Shown here piece after piece: positions 23,819 through 36,387 of a stretch of DNA of 64,000 nt. A program made the position numbers and the translations under genes. The stretch is from Macrostomum lignano (Eukaryota). Location: NCBI GenBank assembly GCA_002269645.1, contig NIVC01000867.1, positions 310,001 to 374,000 on the forward strand, written 5' to 3'. How positions within the stretch are numbered: position 1 is the first letter of the stretch; the number at the start of each line of letters is the position of its first letter. Under the pieces are notes generated by a model, which saw only the letters and a program-made list of their open reading frames with translations, made no database searches and was not told the DNA's origin.

Positions 23819-26800
23819 CAGTACTTCTATACTTTAAAAAACTAATAAGGTTTTCTATTATTCGTTTTGTTAAGCAGTTTTAATTTTAAAGAAAGTCTCT
23901 CATTTCCACTAAATTTTGTTTTCACTATACGATTGATTTCTCGAGAAAAAACTTGATCATATGACTAGGCCCTAAAGAAATCAATACTAAAATATATTTT
24001 TCACACTTCATAATTTCAATCAAAATTATACATGTAGCATAGTTGATAGATTTCATCTTTACCTAACTAAGTCTTCTTAATCTCATCACGCATGCCAAGT
24101 GCAGCTTTGTATTTAGGCCCTACAAGATAGGCCCTATCTAAAGGCTACCTTAATATACTTAGTTGATAAATTTGATTTTCTAATGTTGACTACTGACTAT
24201 TAGCTTATATTACACTAATGTGACAGGTGTTATTCCTCTGTCTTTATGAACAATCCCACTAATTTTCACCAGCTATGACAGGGCTTTTGGCTCTGTCTTT
24301 CTAAACTCCTAACTATTGATGTTAGTGTTTATTAATTACCCTAAGAGCTGCCACCAAAGTTGTACAAGTGTTGTTCCTATCTGTCTAAAGTTATCCTGAT
24401 TGCAATTTTGTTTTTACTCCTTAACTACTTCTTAGAATTTCATTTAAATATTTCTGGGTAGCGTTCTTAGTAGCGTTCTGGTAGCATTCTGGTAGCTTAT
24501 GGCTTGCTTTCTGGTAGCGTTCTGGTAGCTTATGGCCTAAGCGGTCTAGTACTGGTACATGAATTTAATCAGTCCTAATGGGCGTTTGCCGAGATTAGAG
24601 GGTCACAGCGCAACTCTTAGTATCTCTTTGAATAGTCTCTTAATTCTCTCTGCCTACAATCTCTTTTGTATGTTCGTTCTCAAACCAAGCTTTGAAATAA
24701 CTGACAATTTTGAATTCTGAGTATTTATATTTGAACCACTATTAGAGGCGTTTCGCTCTTAAATGGGTTGGTTTTATTTGAGGCAAAATCGTTTTATATA
24801 GTAAAATTTCCCTTTGCGCATTTAAACAAAAAATAATTCGTCAATTTATTCGTATAATATAACAAAATGTTTCTAATTTTGGCATCTGGCACGAATTTGA
24901 CTTTTTGGAAAACGAGTAATAACCATAGGCACTGCCTCACTAAGAAATCAAATACCACATAGGCCTAAAATAGGGCCTATATCAACATGGCCATAGCTCT
25001 AAATGTAAATGTCTAAATAGATAATAATAAGCCTAAGTCTATATTTTAACTTATTTCTTTTTATTAATATACCAATGTATTAAAATATAGTATATGAATT
25101 TTTTAGGCAAAGTTGCATGCACATGTAAAAACTGCACTTTGAATAGCACAGAGTAAATTAAGTAATCAAAAGACAAAATACTCATTGATACAGATTAGAT
25201 TAGGCCTATGGCCTATGCTATATTAGACTTTAAGTATATTTGAATAGGTTATAGTGTCACAATATATGCATTCTAATGGAAAAAACATATTTCACTAGCA
25301 TTAATATAAATTTTAAAATATAGGCTATATTCAATAAAGAACAATTTGCTAATGAAAAACTAAGAGCTAAACCTATTTTCTTTAAATGTTTTACCACAAA
25401 GCAAGCAAAGTATTTATGGGAGGGGAGGTATAGAAGGATTGCTAGCAGGTTACTTTTTTTAATTATACCAAATGTCATCAATCAGATACTCAAATGCCTT
25501 GGACATACAGAGTGTATTTAAAAGTCTATGGATGTTCACCTATTAAATAAGGGTAGTAAAATTTATTGTTTGAAAGAATATTTTTGATAGAAAAAGGGAA
25601 TTGCATTATAAATATACTGTCATCATACTATAAAAATTAGAAGAAATTTAGGCATGCAAACTGTCAAACATTAGATAGAGGCCTAGCAACAATACATATA
25701 TAAAAGTTTTATATAAGTATTTAATGAATTATAGTAGCATACTGTAGGCCTAATGCAATAGAGTCTAATTAATTGTACACATTATATAAAAGATAAATTA
25801 GAGCCTAAAGTTCTATATTGGTATTTTGTATAAATGAGGCACTGATGCACTGCCTAAACAACTCTATGAACATCATAATGCAAGTTGATATAGCTTTTAG
25901 CCTACATACCTTCTTACAAATAGACTATGTAAGACAATAGGCCTATTCAAGACTAATCAAGATGCCTCAGAGATCAAAGTGTAGCTGCAAAAGTGCAATT
26001 TGATATTTATCTCTTTAGCTATAATGAAACTATAGAGCAATTTAGTCATTGGTATAATAAGTAATATACAAAATAAATGAATACAATTAATTGCAAAGAG
26101 TAATAGATTTTAAATCTTATAATAGTCATTATACATTGAATAGACCTTCAAATTTGACATTCAGAATTATATATGATCACTATATAGTCCATACTGTGAT
26201 TAAAACTAATAAAAATATAGCTCATATATTTTTATATAACATTAATTAGAAAAGCATGAAATGATAAAAAAATACTTATCATTCATCTCAATTTGATACA
26301 TTGTCATCACCAGGCGCATGATCAAGATGGCCATACATCAAGATAGCCTCAGCTTTAAATGTCTAAATCAATAATAAGCCTAGGTATTTATATTTCACTT
26401 ATTTCTATAGATTGACCTTCTAGTAATTTATATTAAATATAGATATATAGATAATATAGATAGATATTATAGTAGAACTATATTATATAATAATCATTTC
26501 TTTTGGCTTCAGCTTTTATTGTATTGTAACCTGACCTATAGATAGATATTTATCTACTAAATAAAGAAAATATGTAGCTTAGTACAAAAAAAATCTTGTT
26601 GCATATTTATCCCATTTTTGCATAGCATTAGGGCCTACCACTAGCAATGGTTTCTTGATAAACTAATAGTGATAGATCAAATAGATGTAATGATAGAGAA
26701 TAAATTGGCACAAACACAGAAAAAGATTAAAGTTTTTGTATCATGCGTAATTAGTTTCAAATGTATTATTGTTTCTATATTTATAAATATGATTGATTAA

Positions 26801-27139
26801 ACATGCTATATAATAATTAATATAATAATAGCTATTAAGTTTATAATAAATTAATGGTAAAGAGAGAGTAGGTAGATATAATAGAAATTCAATATTGTGG
26901 CCATCTTCGTCTGACTTACACCATCATAAGTATCCAATGGAAAAAGAGCTATACAAACTATACAATGTATTATTCACCTTTAGTAATGAAAATTATATCC
27001 ATTGAAGCTGTTTCTGGAGCTATATATGGACATGAGACATGGAGCCTTGTCTTCTTATCAACTCTTTGGAAATATAACAGGTATGCAAAAGTTTTGGCAA
27101 CTAAGTTTCCAATTGCAAATGTTGGTAAATCTTTTAACT

Positions 27140-28100
27140 TTATTATTCTTTCAATATTATCTCTGCCATGTTCTATGCATTTCCAATGACAATGTATCTA
27201 CACCTTGAAGGCAGTATGGTACTCTGAAGCTAGTATGGTGTTTAGCTCTTAATTGATATAGTGAGCCAGGTCTTGGGGCTACTGAAAATGGCATCTATCC
27301 ATGCATTCAGTCTGCTGTAGGAAGGCCCAGAAGTAGCAAGGCACTAAGTCAAGACTGTATAAAGAGTGCAATATCATATTGAGCTTGTTATCAGCCAAAA
27401 AGCTAGTTGTCATGGCCACAATGTGGCTATAGGTATTGCTATGGTGCAAGTGAATTCTGCCACTGGAGGCAAGTTGGCTACTTTTCTATGACTAAAGTCA
27501 CAACTCAAGGCAAAACCTCACTAGTATAGAATATGGCATTGATGTTCTATGCATTTGGCACTATAACAACTGTCTCTGGCGGATTGATGCTGAAAAAGAC
27601 AACAAACATCTGCTTTTGTAAGCAAAACCCAAGGTGTAGAACAGTTGGATGGTCTTTATTGGAACTAGTCCAAACCTTGTTTTGGTTCTTATGGGGTACT
27701 TGGAATTAGTATAACCACTTTTTGTCACTATTCACAACATTAGTAAGTTGTTTAGTGCTACCTTTGCCAAAGCATCACAGAAATTCTTGGCTGCATTGAA
27801 CCCTCTTTTGCTTCTGCTCTGCAGTTAGTACATGAGGCACCTAATGGGCTATAACCTTAGGGAGGTCAATATGGTCAAGCTGGATAGTTTGGACACTGCC
27901 ATTAGAAATGCTGATTGTCTGGCTAAGCAATACAATGGTGATATTAGAATCTTTATCTATTAGCTGTAGCAGAGCTCTAATGTTCTGCTCAGTCACAAAT
28001 ATTATTGGCTTCTTAGAATTGGGGCTATTTGTCATCAAGCATTGATTAGCATTGACCTATTGGATCCAACAGGCAATATTACAGTATAAAAGGACCTAAT
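27140..28100 (-). pseudogene. Mariner-family (Tc1/mariner) transposase fossil
   Basis: AH*VPHVLTAEQKQKRV (ARWVPH), SDKKWLY (GDEKW), KQMFVVFF, HHSNTYSH (HHDNA), HSLYSLDLVPCYFW (HPPYSPDLAPCDFW); many stops. Confidence 0.85.
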
Positions 28101-29049
28101 CTGCTACAACTTAGACTAGCTTGGCATTAATTTTAGTGGTGTTTTGTCTTATCCAAATTGCAATGACATTAAAACATGAAATACCCATTGATCAGAAATG
28201 ATATTTTCCATTTAAGGCTAAAAACAAGACTATACAATAATCAAAATACTCTAAAAAACAAAAAATCTATGCAATGAACTGAAAATTTATAAGAAAGTGC
28301 AAATTATACTCATATTTATAAGATTAAAAATGTGTTATATCCCAAGATGGACTTAGCCCCAGTCTTGCTACTTGCTAACCTACTTTTGCACAAAAGTGTA
28401 AGCAATAGACTAGAAACCAAGGTTGCAGCAAATGCATAGGCCCTGGTGACAATGTTCTACTGGCATTAAACCCCTAAATAACAGAAGCAAGATGATACTT
28501 ACAGAAGCACAGGTTGCTCAACTTGGCACTCTAAGCATCTCCGTGTAATTACAATTGTATATCTATTGTAGCTAGAGTGGCAAGGTAGCTAGAAAAAAGC
28601 AATTGAAAGGTCAGTAGGAGGGGACAAGAGCATACACTAATAAATATCAGTCAGAACAAAATGGGGTGGGGCAAAAGCTGCAAGGTAAGAGAAATGGGTA
28701 GTGGGGCAAAAAGAATGAAAAGGGGTTAGTTTAGCCATATAGAGCACAACGGGGGAGGGGGGTAAAAAACAAGAATTATGTATTCATATAACAGAGACAG
28801 CCAATGAGAAGGTGCAGAGGGAAAAGGCTAACCATAATCAAGGGTCCAAAATCACTTACAATGACTAAGTAAATAAATAACTTCAATAATAACTTATTGA
28901 TACAATAGGTCTAGTGTAATAGCATCACAAAATAGTAAAGTACATTAAACATAGTCGACAATAAGTTGCAAGCATAGAAGGGGCAGGGAGGGGTTGACAG
29001 AGGGAAAGAGAAAGCTACAGTATAGGCAAGTACATTGAATCACTAAATC

Positions 29050-32000
29050 ATAACAAACAGTTGCATTTAAATGTTTATTTTAAAAGTTATGAACCAGTTG
29101 CCAAAACTATATATTTCTTGTATTGTCCCTTAGTAAATAATAGCATAAAAAGAAAATTAATAAAGGTGGATAAAGTAGACAATATAAGCCACTAAAACCT
29201 AGATTATAAACCCACATTCCATTTCTTGATTGGGTAAAAAGATTTGTCCCAATGATGCATAGCAAGGCACTTTGCGCAAACCTCATTTAGGCCACATATA
29301 TAGTATCAATGCAAGCTTTCTGCTTAACACTCAGTTTGTAAATTCCTTGTTGATATTGCATTTCATCAAAACAATCAAGCAGCTCTTGATACTTTTGCTG
29401 CAAGATCAAAGCAGTCTTACAATTGCTTTTTATAGCTAGACCAGTTTAGAAAATCAGTAGATTCAAGTTCATGCAATGGTAAATTTGGCTCTATAGATTC
29501 TTTATCTGCCCAATAAGCATCATGGCTCCTAAAATATAACTATATTAAGGTAGGCCTAGACACAAAATATTAGATGCACACCCAGTATGAAAAGTAATCA
29601 TTCAATTTTTATTTATATTGCTTTTTCTCAATTCTTCAATTAGCATAATTATGCTTAAGCAAAAAGTCAAATTATGAGCTTGATAAATGTATGAATCATA
29701 TGATTGACTTTAATTTAATGCCATATAATTAGCTAATGAACAATGATAAGTCAATACTTGTGCACTTATTTGAAAAATAAATTGAACAGATTAAACTATA
29801 AGTATGTTTATTACTAGAAACATAATTAAAATGACATAAAGTAATTTAATTACTCTAGTGATTGATAAAAAGGTCAAAAATGATTTTTTGCCTATTGAAA
29901 TGAAACCATTATATGTTTGCTCCATTTTCCAACTTATTTTTTTTTGATAGCATGTTTGTGAAACCTTAAAAGTTATAGGCATTTTATTTCTAGTTCTAAA
30001 AAGTATAGATTAAAATAAAAAATATTAGACTAGGTCTTTCTTATAATTAATATAGGTTGTCCATAATGCAAAAATTATTCATTCATGTATATTATAAAGA
30101 AGTCCCTATTTCTAGAGTTGCAAAGTATTGTCCCTATTGCTATCCTCTATGTTTCCCTTATCATTTTTTCTTTATTGTCAGATCCAGGCAGAGATAAAGT
30201 TTGATTACTATAAAAGCAGGAGTCTGTCAAGCATGACAGTGGGTTTTTGTATGCTGAATAAATATGATATAAGAAGACATTGTTATTTTTAGTAATATTA
30301 GGTGCCTACAAAATGGAGATAGTCCGCTATAGGTGATTCTATTACTTTACTTTTAGCATTTTATAACAGCTCAAAATATTTATATATGAGTATTTTTGTC
30401 TACAAAATATAAAAATATATGCTTAATTGAATTTAAAGCTATGCTTTGCAATTCTAGAATGCTTAGCACTGTGAAGGCTGAATCTGCATGCTAGACTATT
30501 ATCCTAAATATAGAAGGATTTTGATTTTGCAAGATTCTAGCTATAGAAGCTGCTTAAAGAACAAAAAAAGCAGCATTGCCACTAGATCCTATAGTGACAC
30601 TGACTAAGTGCAAAGTAGCATTGTCACTAGGTCCCAAAGTGACATTGACTAAATGTGAAGTGACATAGCTACTAGTGCTAACTGCTAACTAGGCATAGGT
30701 TATTACTTAAGGCCTTATATTTATTTGTCTAATCTAAATAGGAAATCAAATACATAGTATCCAATTTGACTATCTGGCTACTATTTCCTAGGTTCAAACC
30801 TGAGATTTATTCTTGAATCTCAGAGGACCATAAGCTAGCACTTTAAAAGGGCATTCATTTACAAATTCTTGGGCACATCAGTAGGCCAACTAAGCCACAA
30901 ACCCTGCAATAGATATTTTATTTTTTGCAACAACCCTTAGTACCTACTGCACTAATAATGATAGTTTTTTCTCTATTTTAATTTTAATAAATAGATGAAA
31001 AATTAGAGGACATTAGAGGACAGAGACTTGCGATATAAAAATTTAATTCCTTTACTGTATAGCTTATCTTGTTTAAAGGTAATATTTCTAATATATTTTT
31101 GTAATTTTGGAATCAAAAGCTTTTTCACTAGTTTGTTGCTTAGCAGTTAGACTTACAAGTAGTCTAGAAATAAAAGAAAAATAAATTAGTCTAGAATAGT
31201 CTAGAAGGCTATTTAGCTTAGATGTTAGTTTAGATTCTAATCTTTCTTTTAGGATTTAACTTGATTCAACAAATTATTTTTCATGATTATTTTAGCAGGC
31301 TACAATTGGGTTTTGGTTGCTGTATTTAGAATTAGAACTTTACAATTGTTAGCTTTGCTTAGGGGAACTATTACTAATAGAAGCAACTAAGGTTGTTAAA
31401 TGCTATTTAGAGCTTTGCTTTGAAGTGTCATTAGCATATATTGCACAAATAACAATGTCATCATTAGTGTTCAGATCAAAGCAAAAAGTATTAAATTCAA
31501 GATTAAAATAGATTGTCTTCTTTAGTGTTGGCAAAACAATTTTGTCTTTTTCTGCATTAAATTGAAGTTGATATTAGGATAAGTTTAATGATACTTTATA
31601 TTGAAATGGCTTGACCTTTGTACTTTGTGAATAATAATCTGATTTTGGCTTATATACATTGTAACTAGAGGACACAAAGGTATATAATAGTTTCATCAAT
31701 ACTATTACCATGTCTATTTGCTCTATCTGTTTGCTTGCATTTTTGCAAAACTATTATATTTTGTGCAATAACCCTAGCCATTAGTCACATTGCTTGAACT
31801 TTTTGCAAGTCTTATATACCAAGGTGGCATATGCTTATCTTGGAAACCAAGCAGTATTACTAGGTTGAGGCTTAGAGTTGATAGCCAAGCTATAGTCATG
31901 AGAGATGCTCTCTAGTCAGGAATTCCACTGTTTGGACTAGGATATTGTCTTTTGGACTAGGATATTGTCTTAATAAAGGATGCCTCAAGCTCAAGCCCTT

Positions 32001-32350
32001 GGACAATGCCTTGAAAGAGTGCTAAGCATTTCTAGCAGGTATATGCTCGTATATTAATGTATACTAGTCAATAATAGCTTACACTTTATCAGTGGTATTA
32101 GGGCTTCATAATGTGGCAATCTCAGTTCTTAGATAGTAAGATACCACAAATTCAAGTCCAGTTACTGAAGTCCAGTAGGCTGATAGATTGTAGATCCAGG
32201 ACTTATTACCAATGACAATTTCCTAGGCCAAGTTTAAGTGGCCATTGTCAAATTTTTATGCTATAGAATTAGGCTACCCAAGCTTCCTACTTTTAGAGTT
32301 AGCTAAATACAGTACCTACTGCTTAACATTAAAATCTTGATTGAACCTTG
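29050..32350 (-). mobile_element. Penelope-like retroelement fossil (RT + GIY-YIG endonuclease)
   Basis: Minus-strand remnants ALSKGL (~32000), IISAVGT (~30950), RIAIGT...RKT*SNIFYF (GIAMG/YIDDIF-like, ~30000-30150), GIYKL...YVA*MR (GIY...YVGQT, ~29280-29348); boundaries approximate. Confidence 0.7.
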
Positions 32351-32598
32351 AATATAGGATTATCTTAATTCCTCTTAATGATTTTGAAAGAAATGATAGG
32401 TACTTAATATCTGTAGTTTCGGATTTTGTAATTTGTTTATCATTTATACAAACCCAATGATTTATTGCATTTACGCAACTGCTGGATGTCCTAACTAATC
32501 TATCCAGAAAAATTATAGCAAACTTGGGGTAATTTGCAAATTTGTCAAGCTAAGATGAAAAAGACGAGAAGATAAACAAAATGAAAATATTGTACTAT

Positions 32599-32695
32599 CT
32601 TGCTCAAGGACACAAGTTGTTCCAGTAGGATATTGAATCGAACCCTTGACCTTTAAGTTGTAAGTCCAACGCTCTAACCACTAGGCTACAACCCA
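32599..32695 (-). mobile_element. SINE family 1, 5' fragment
   Basis: Reverse tRNA-like head GAATCGAACCC...CTAACCACTAGGCTACAACCC. Confidence 0.75.
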
Positions 32696-32988
32696 CAACA
32701 GTTATCAAGTAATGTAGATAATATAAAGTATTTATTCTGTATTTCTTCTTCTTTACATAGCAACAAAAAATAAAATAAATGTATGAATGTGGACTAAGTA
32801 CCAGCATACACATTTCATCCTGTTATCAACAAAATGAGTAAACTCAGTGCAAAACATACACTTTCGTATTCTGTAAAAATAAAAGTCTATTATGTTTGCC
32901 ATGTTTCAGATAATCTTGCAATTTCTTTGGCTATCCACACTGAAACCAAACAGTTACTGGCTAGAGGTTAAATTAAATAGAGATTACA

Positions 32989-33563
32989 ATGATGCAGGTT
33001 CCACCTGTTCCACGACGCAATCGACGCAACCAAAGTCGAAGCAATGCTAACAATAGTAATGAAACTCAACAAAAGCAACAGGAATCAGAGCAGCCAAAGG
33101 CGTACCATTTCAATCAATGTCGAAACATAATCAAATCGGCTATCAAATGTCCAATCTGTTTCGAATCAATGCTAGATCCATCAGCTGATAGTCGTGTACT
33201 GCCTTGCCAGCATGCATTCTGTCGAAGCTGCTTAGCTAAATTATTAGACAGCTGCACAAGTTCGGCAGGTGATTCAACCAGAATCGGTGGCCCAGTTTGT
33301 CCAGAATGTCGCGCGCCTATTTCCGCTATTCGAGCAGACGATTTGCCGCCAAATGTACAGCTGAATCGATTGTGCAACGAGTTGGACGAATTGCAACAAA
33401 AGCATCATTCTTCGTTAGATTCTTCTGCTTCTAAAAGCAGCGGCGATAGTGCTAATAGTAACTGTAGGAGGCGTCAGCAAAGACAGTCGTGTAATTTGAC
33501 TGTGCTATCTGGCGATTTCTGCACTGCTACTCGCGAATTTAATTACAGATCAACTGACTCCAG
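32989..33563 (+). CDS. SH3RF: SH3RF/POSH-like E3 ligase exon 1 (RING finger and start of SH3-1)
   Basis: CPICFESM...LPCQHAFCRSCL...CPECR RING; donor CAG|GTAGGG, phase 2. Confidence 0.88.
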
Positions 33564-34477
33564 GTAGGGTTTTGTTACATTAAATTCTTACATTATTGAC
33601 TTCATTATAGCAGTTCTAACATTTATTTTGTTGGTAGAACTACCACTTTATAATTCATTCATGGGCGATTCACATCCATTGAGGGCCAATTTCCTGGGCA
33701 CAGAGAATGTGTACATGCCTGATCATACATAAAATGCGCAATCCCTTGATTTACACTGGCCGTGTGACTTACCGTGAAAGAAACCCTAAAGCAAAAATAA
33801 TGCATTTTGGGTAAACGGCTGGAGTAACCATAACTGTTTTTATTAAGACTAAATGCCTCGTCATCTAATTAGTACTACGTCAATTTTTTGTGCGCATTTT
33901 TACAACCTGCGTATGGGTTGGTAGCGATCAGCAATGAGAGTGAGAGGCGGTTGATAAGTTGGGAATGTATGTACCGTATGAGCGAGCTACATAAATGTGC
34001 TAATTGAGCATACGTGTATAGTTTTGCCTTTAGCAGACGTAAAAGTACAGAACAGCTGTCAGCGCTTATTTGGAAGACGATATCGGCTAAGGCCCTCCTT
34101 CAAATATCATTATGACCCGTGACTCAATGGTGATGACACCCTGCGCTACTTACACTCAGCAACATTGAAAAGTCGCCACTCTATGCGCCAGTGATCAATT
34201 TCTGTTGAATTATTCTGAAATAAAAGATACGAAAACACTGATTAGGGGTAGCTTTAATCCGTCCAACCCTCGCACACCGCTCCCCCACTTCGTTTCTTAA
34301 TTCAAATCTGGCGCGGCGTAGCTGAGTTGCGTCACCCGCAGAGTTACCGAGACTTTACCTGCACTCTCAAAAGTGGCGACCACAGACGGAATCTTTGCCA
34401 CAAACATACACTTTTGAAATGGGAACAGAAGGCAAAAAAGCAACCTTCTTAATAACTTTCTTTTTTCATTTTTTTAT

Positions 34478-34830
34478 TAGAGGCAGGGGGGTTGTGTGCA
34501 CCCTGGCGCACTTTAAGCGACATAGGCACACAACCGGCGAGAGGCATTGCTGCCCATTCCGCCGACTCCCCTGAGCAGGCATACAAGCGCGCGGATACGT
34601 ACGCAGGCACACACTCACACAGGAGTGTACAGCGGCCCTAACTTTATATTATCGCTAGGCATGTACACTTCACTGCGCCTTGGGGGGTTGGCTCTCAAGG
34701 CCGTTAATTGCACGAGCAGAGCCAAGCCGAGATTCCAATTCAGCCCCAAATTAATGTGACTGCACTTGGAATCGAGCCTGGGTCGCTGGCACACCAGAGC
34801 AGCTGCGCTACCGCTGGGCTACGGCCCCCC
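34478..34830 (-). mobile_element. tRNA-derived SINE family 2
   Basis: Minus-strand head GGGGCCGTAGCCCAGCGGT...GGCTCGATTCC; A-rich tail at ~34460; body shared with 40910-41020. Confidence 0.65.
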
Positions 34831-34887
34831 TAATTGCTTTCGTTATATTGCTTTCTCATTATTAAATCTCTGCCCATGTCCAACCAG

Positions 34888-35935
34888 ATACCTGGAGCTT
34901 CGACGGGGCGACCTTATTGAAATAATTAGTCGCCGCTGTTCAACAGCGCTCGACGCACCGTCGGATGCCGGCGCCTCAACAGCATCCGCGCCCGGCTGGG
35001 CCTACGGACGAATCGGCCAGCGCAAAGGCTATTTCCCATTGGCTTGCACTCGCCCTGTTGTTGGCAATCAACGAAAACTTTCAGCCAATCAGAGTTCGAA
35101 AAAATGCGACGCTTATCCGGTTGTCTGCGCTCTGTACGACTATCAACCGTCCGATGCTATTAGCCTCGACTGCGCTAATCAGTCTACTGCGGTATCGCTG
35201 CTGCCATTAGTGAAGGATAGGAAATATCTTGTATTAGCTAAACAGCCGAATGGTTGGTTGCACGGGCAGTGTCAGGTTACTATGGCAACTGGCCTATTCC
35301 CGGCTAATCGGGTCAGCCGAGTACAACAGCGCAATCCGCCGCCAAGGAGGCTGAGAGCCGCAGAGTCAGGCTTAGCAGCCGCCAGCTCAGATAGCACTCA
35401 GAGCAGTCCAATTTTTGAGCCTGAGCAGCCTCAGCAACAGGAACAAAATGCCGCTTCTTCTAACTCTGTCACTGCTGGTCGTAGTTTTCTTCACTTTTTG
35501 CGCAACTTTAGCATCTTTAGCATCTTTAGCCGTTCTAATAACGGCAGACTGCGACGGCTGCAACAGCAGCAGCAGCAGCAGCATTGGTCGAGACGTTCCG
35601 GTTCGGAAGTGATCACTGGTACACCAACAACGATTCTGTCGCAGCTGCAACAGTCCAGCTTATCTACGCCGCTGCCAGCATCTGTACCCCGTAACAGCCG
35701 GCAGCATCAGCATTCGCGCTGGTCAAAACGTAGCGAAGACGGCGCCGTGTCACTCTATCGGTGCATTCAGTCTAGACCGGCTGCCACAGATGCGGAGCTT
35801 AGCATTGCTAAAGGCGAATTAATCTGCGTGTTTAACCAACGATTAGACGGCTGGTTTCGAGGATTGAGCGTCAGTACGCAACGATCTGGCCTGTTTCCAG
35901 CCGCTTGCGTTCTGCCCTGCTCGTTGGAGTCTTGA
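34888..35935 (+). CDS. SH3RF: SH3RF/POSH-like exon 2 (SH3 domains, stop)
   Basis: Acceptor CCAG|A restores FNYRSTDSRYLELRRGD; GYFP, ALYDY...GLFPANRV, ELSIAKGE...GLFPAACV; total 540 aa. Confidence 0.88.
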
Positions 35936-36387
35936 ACGATTGTGATTTCGTAGAATTGCTACAGATCAATTCAATGAACAGTGATTTTTCTGCGTGCGGT
36001 GTAACAAAAACCATAAAATTAGATGTCAAGTTTTTCGCTTTACGAGCGTAATGTCTTTATGGTCTGGTATCACCAGCTTATCTATAAGTCTCAAAGCTGA
36101 TTGGTGATCAACTAGCAGACTTGAAGTTCTCGTATTGCTTAAGATTTTGGTTCCCCAAATGTGTATAATAGGTTATAAGGCGTAGCTTTTGTCATGCTAG
36201 ATGAGTTAGAAACAGACACTCAAAGTTTAAAGCCTATCAATTAAAGATAGATTGGGTCATAAGAAAAGCTAATTTCTACATGTACGATCATAGTCTCTCA
36301 TAGATGTCCATACAGTTGCCTGAAATAATGAAAGCCAACATAATTATAGAAAGCGACTTTGTACGGATGGACTTAATCATATGTTTA

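Noticed and set aside
32405-32460. Possible hammerhead ribozyme remnant (minus ATGATAA...TCCGAAAC) at the Penelope 5' end
   Set aside because: The position fits PLE biology, but the CUGAUGA core and stems are too degenerate to support.
34128-34220. C/D-box snoRNA candidate (GTGATGA...CTGA) in the SH3RF intron
   Set aside because: No terminal stem and no recognisable rRNA/snRNA antisense element.
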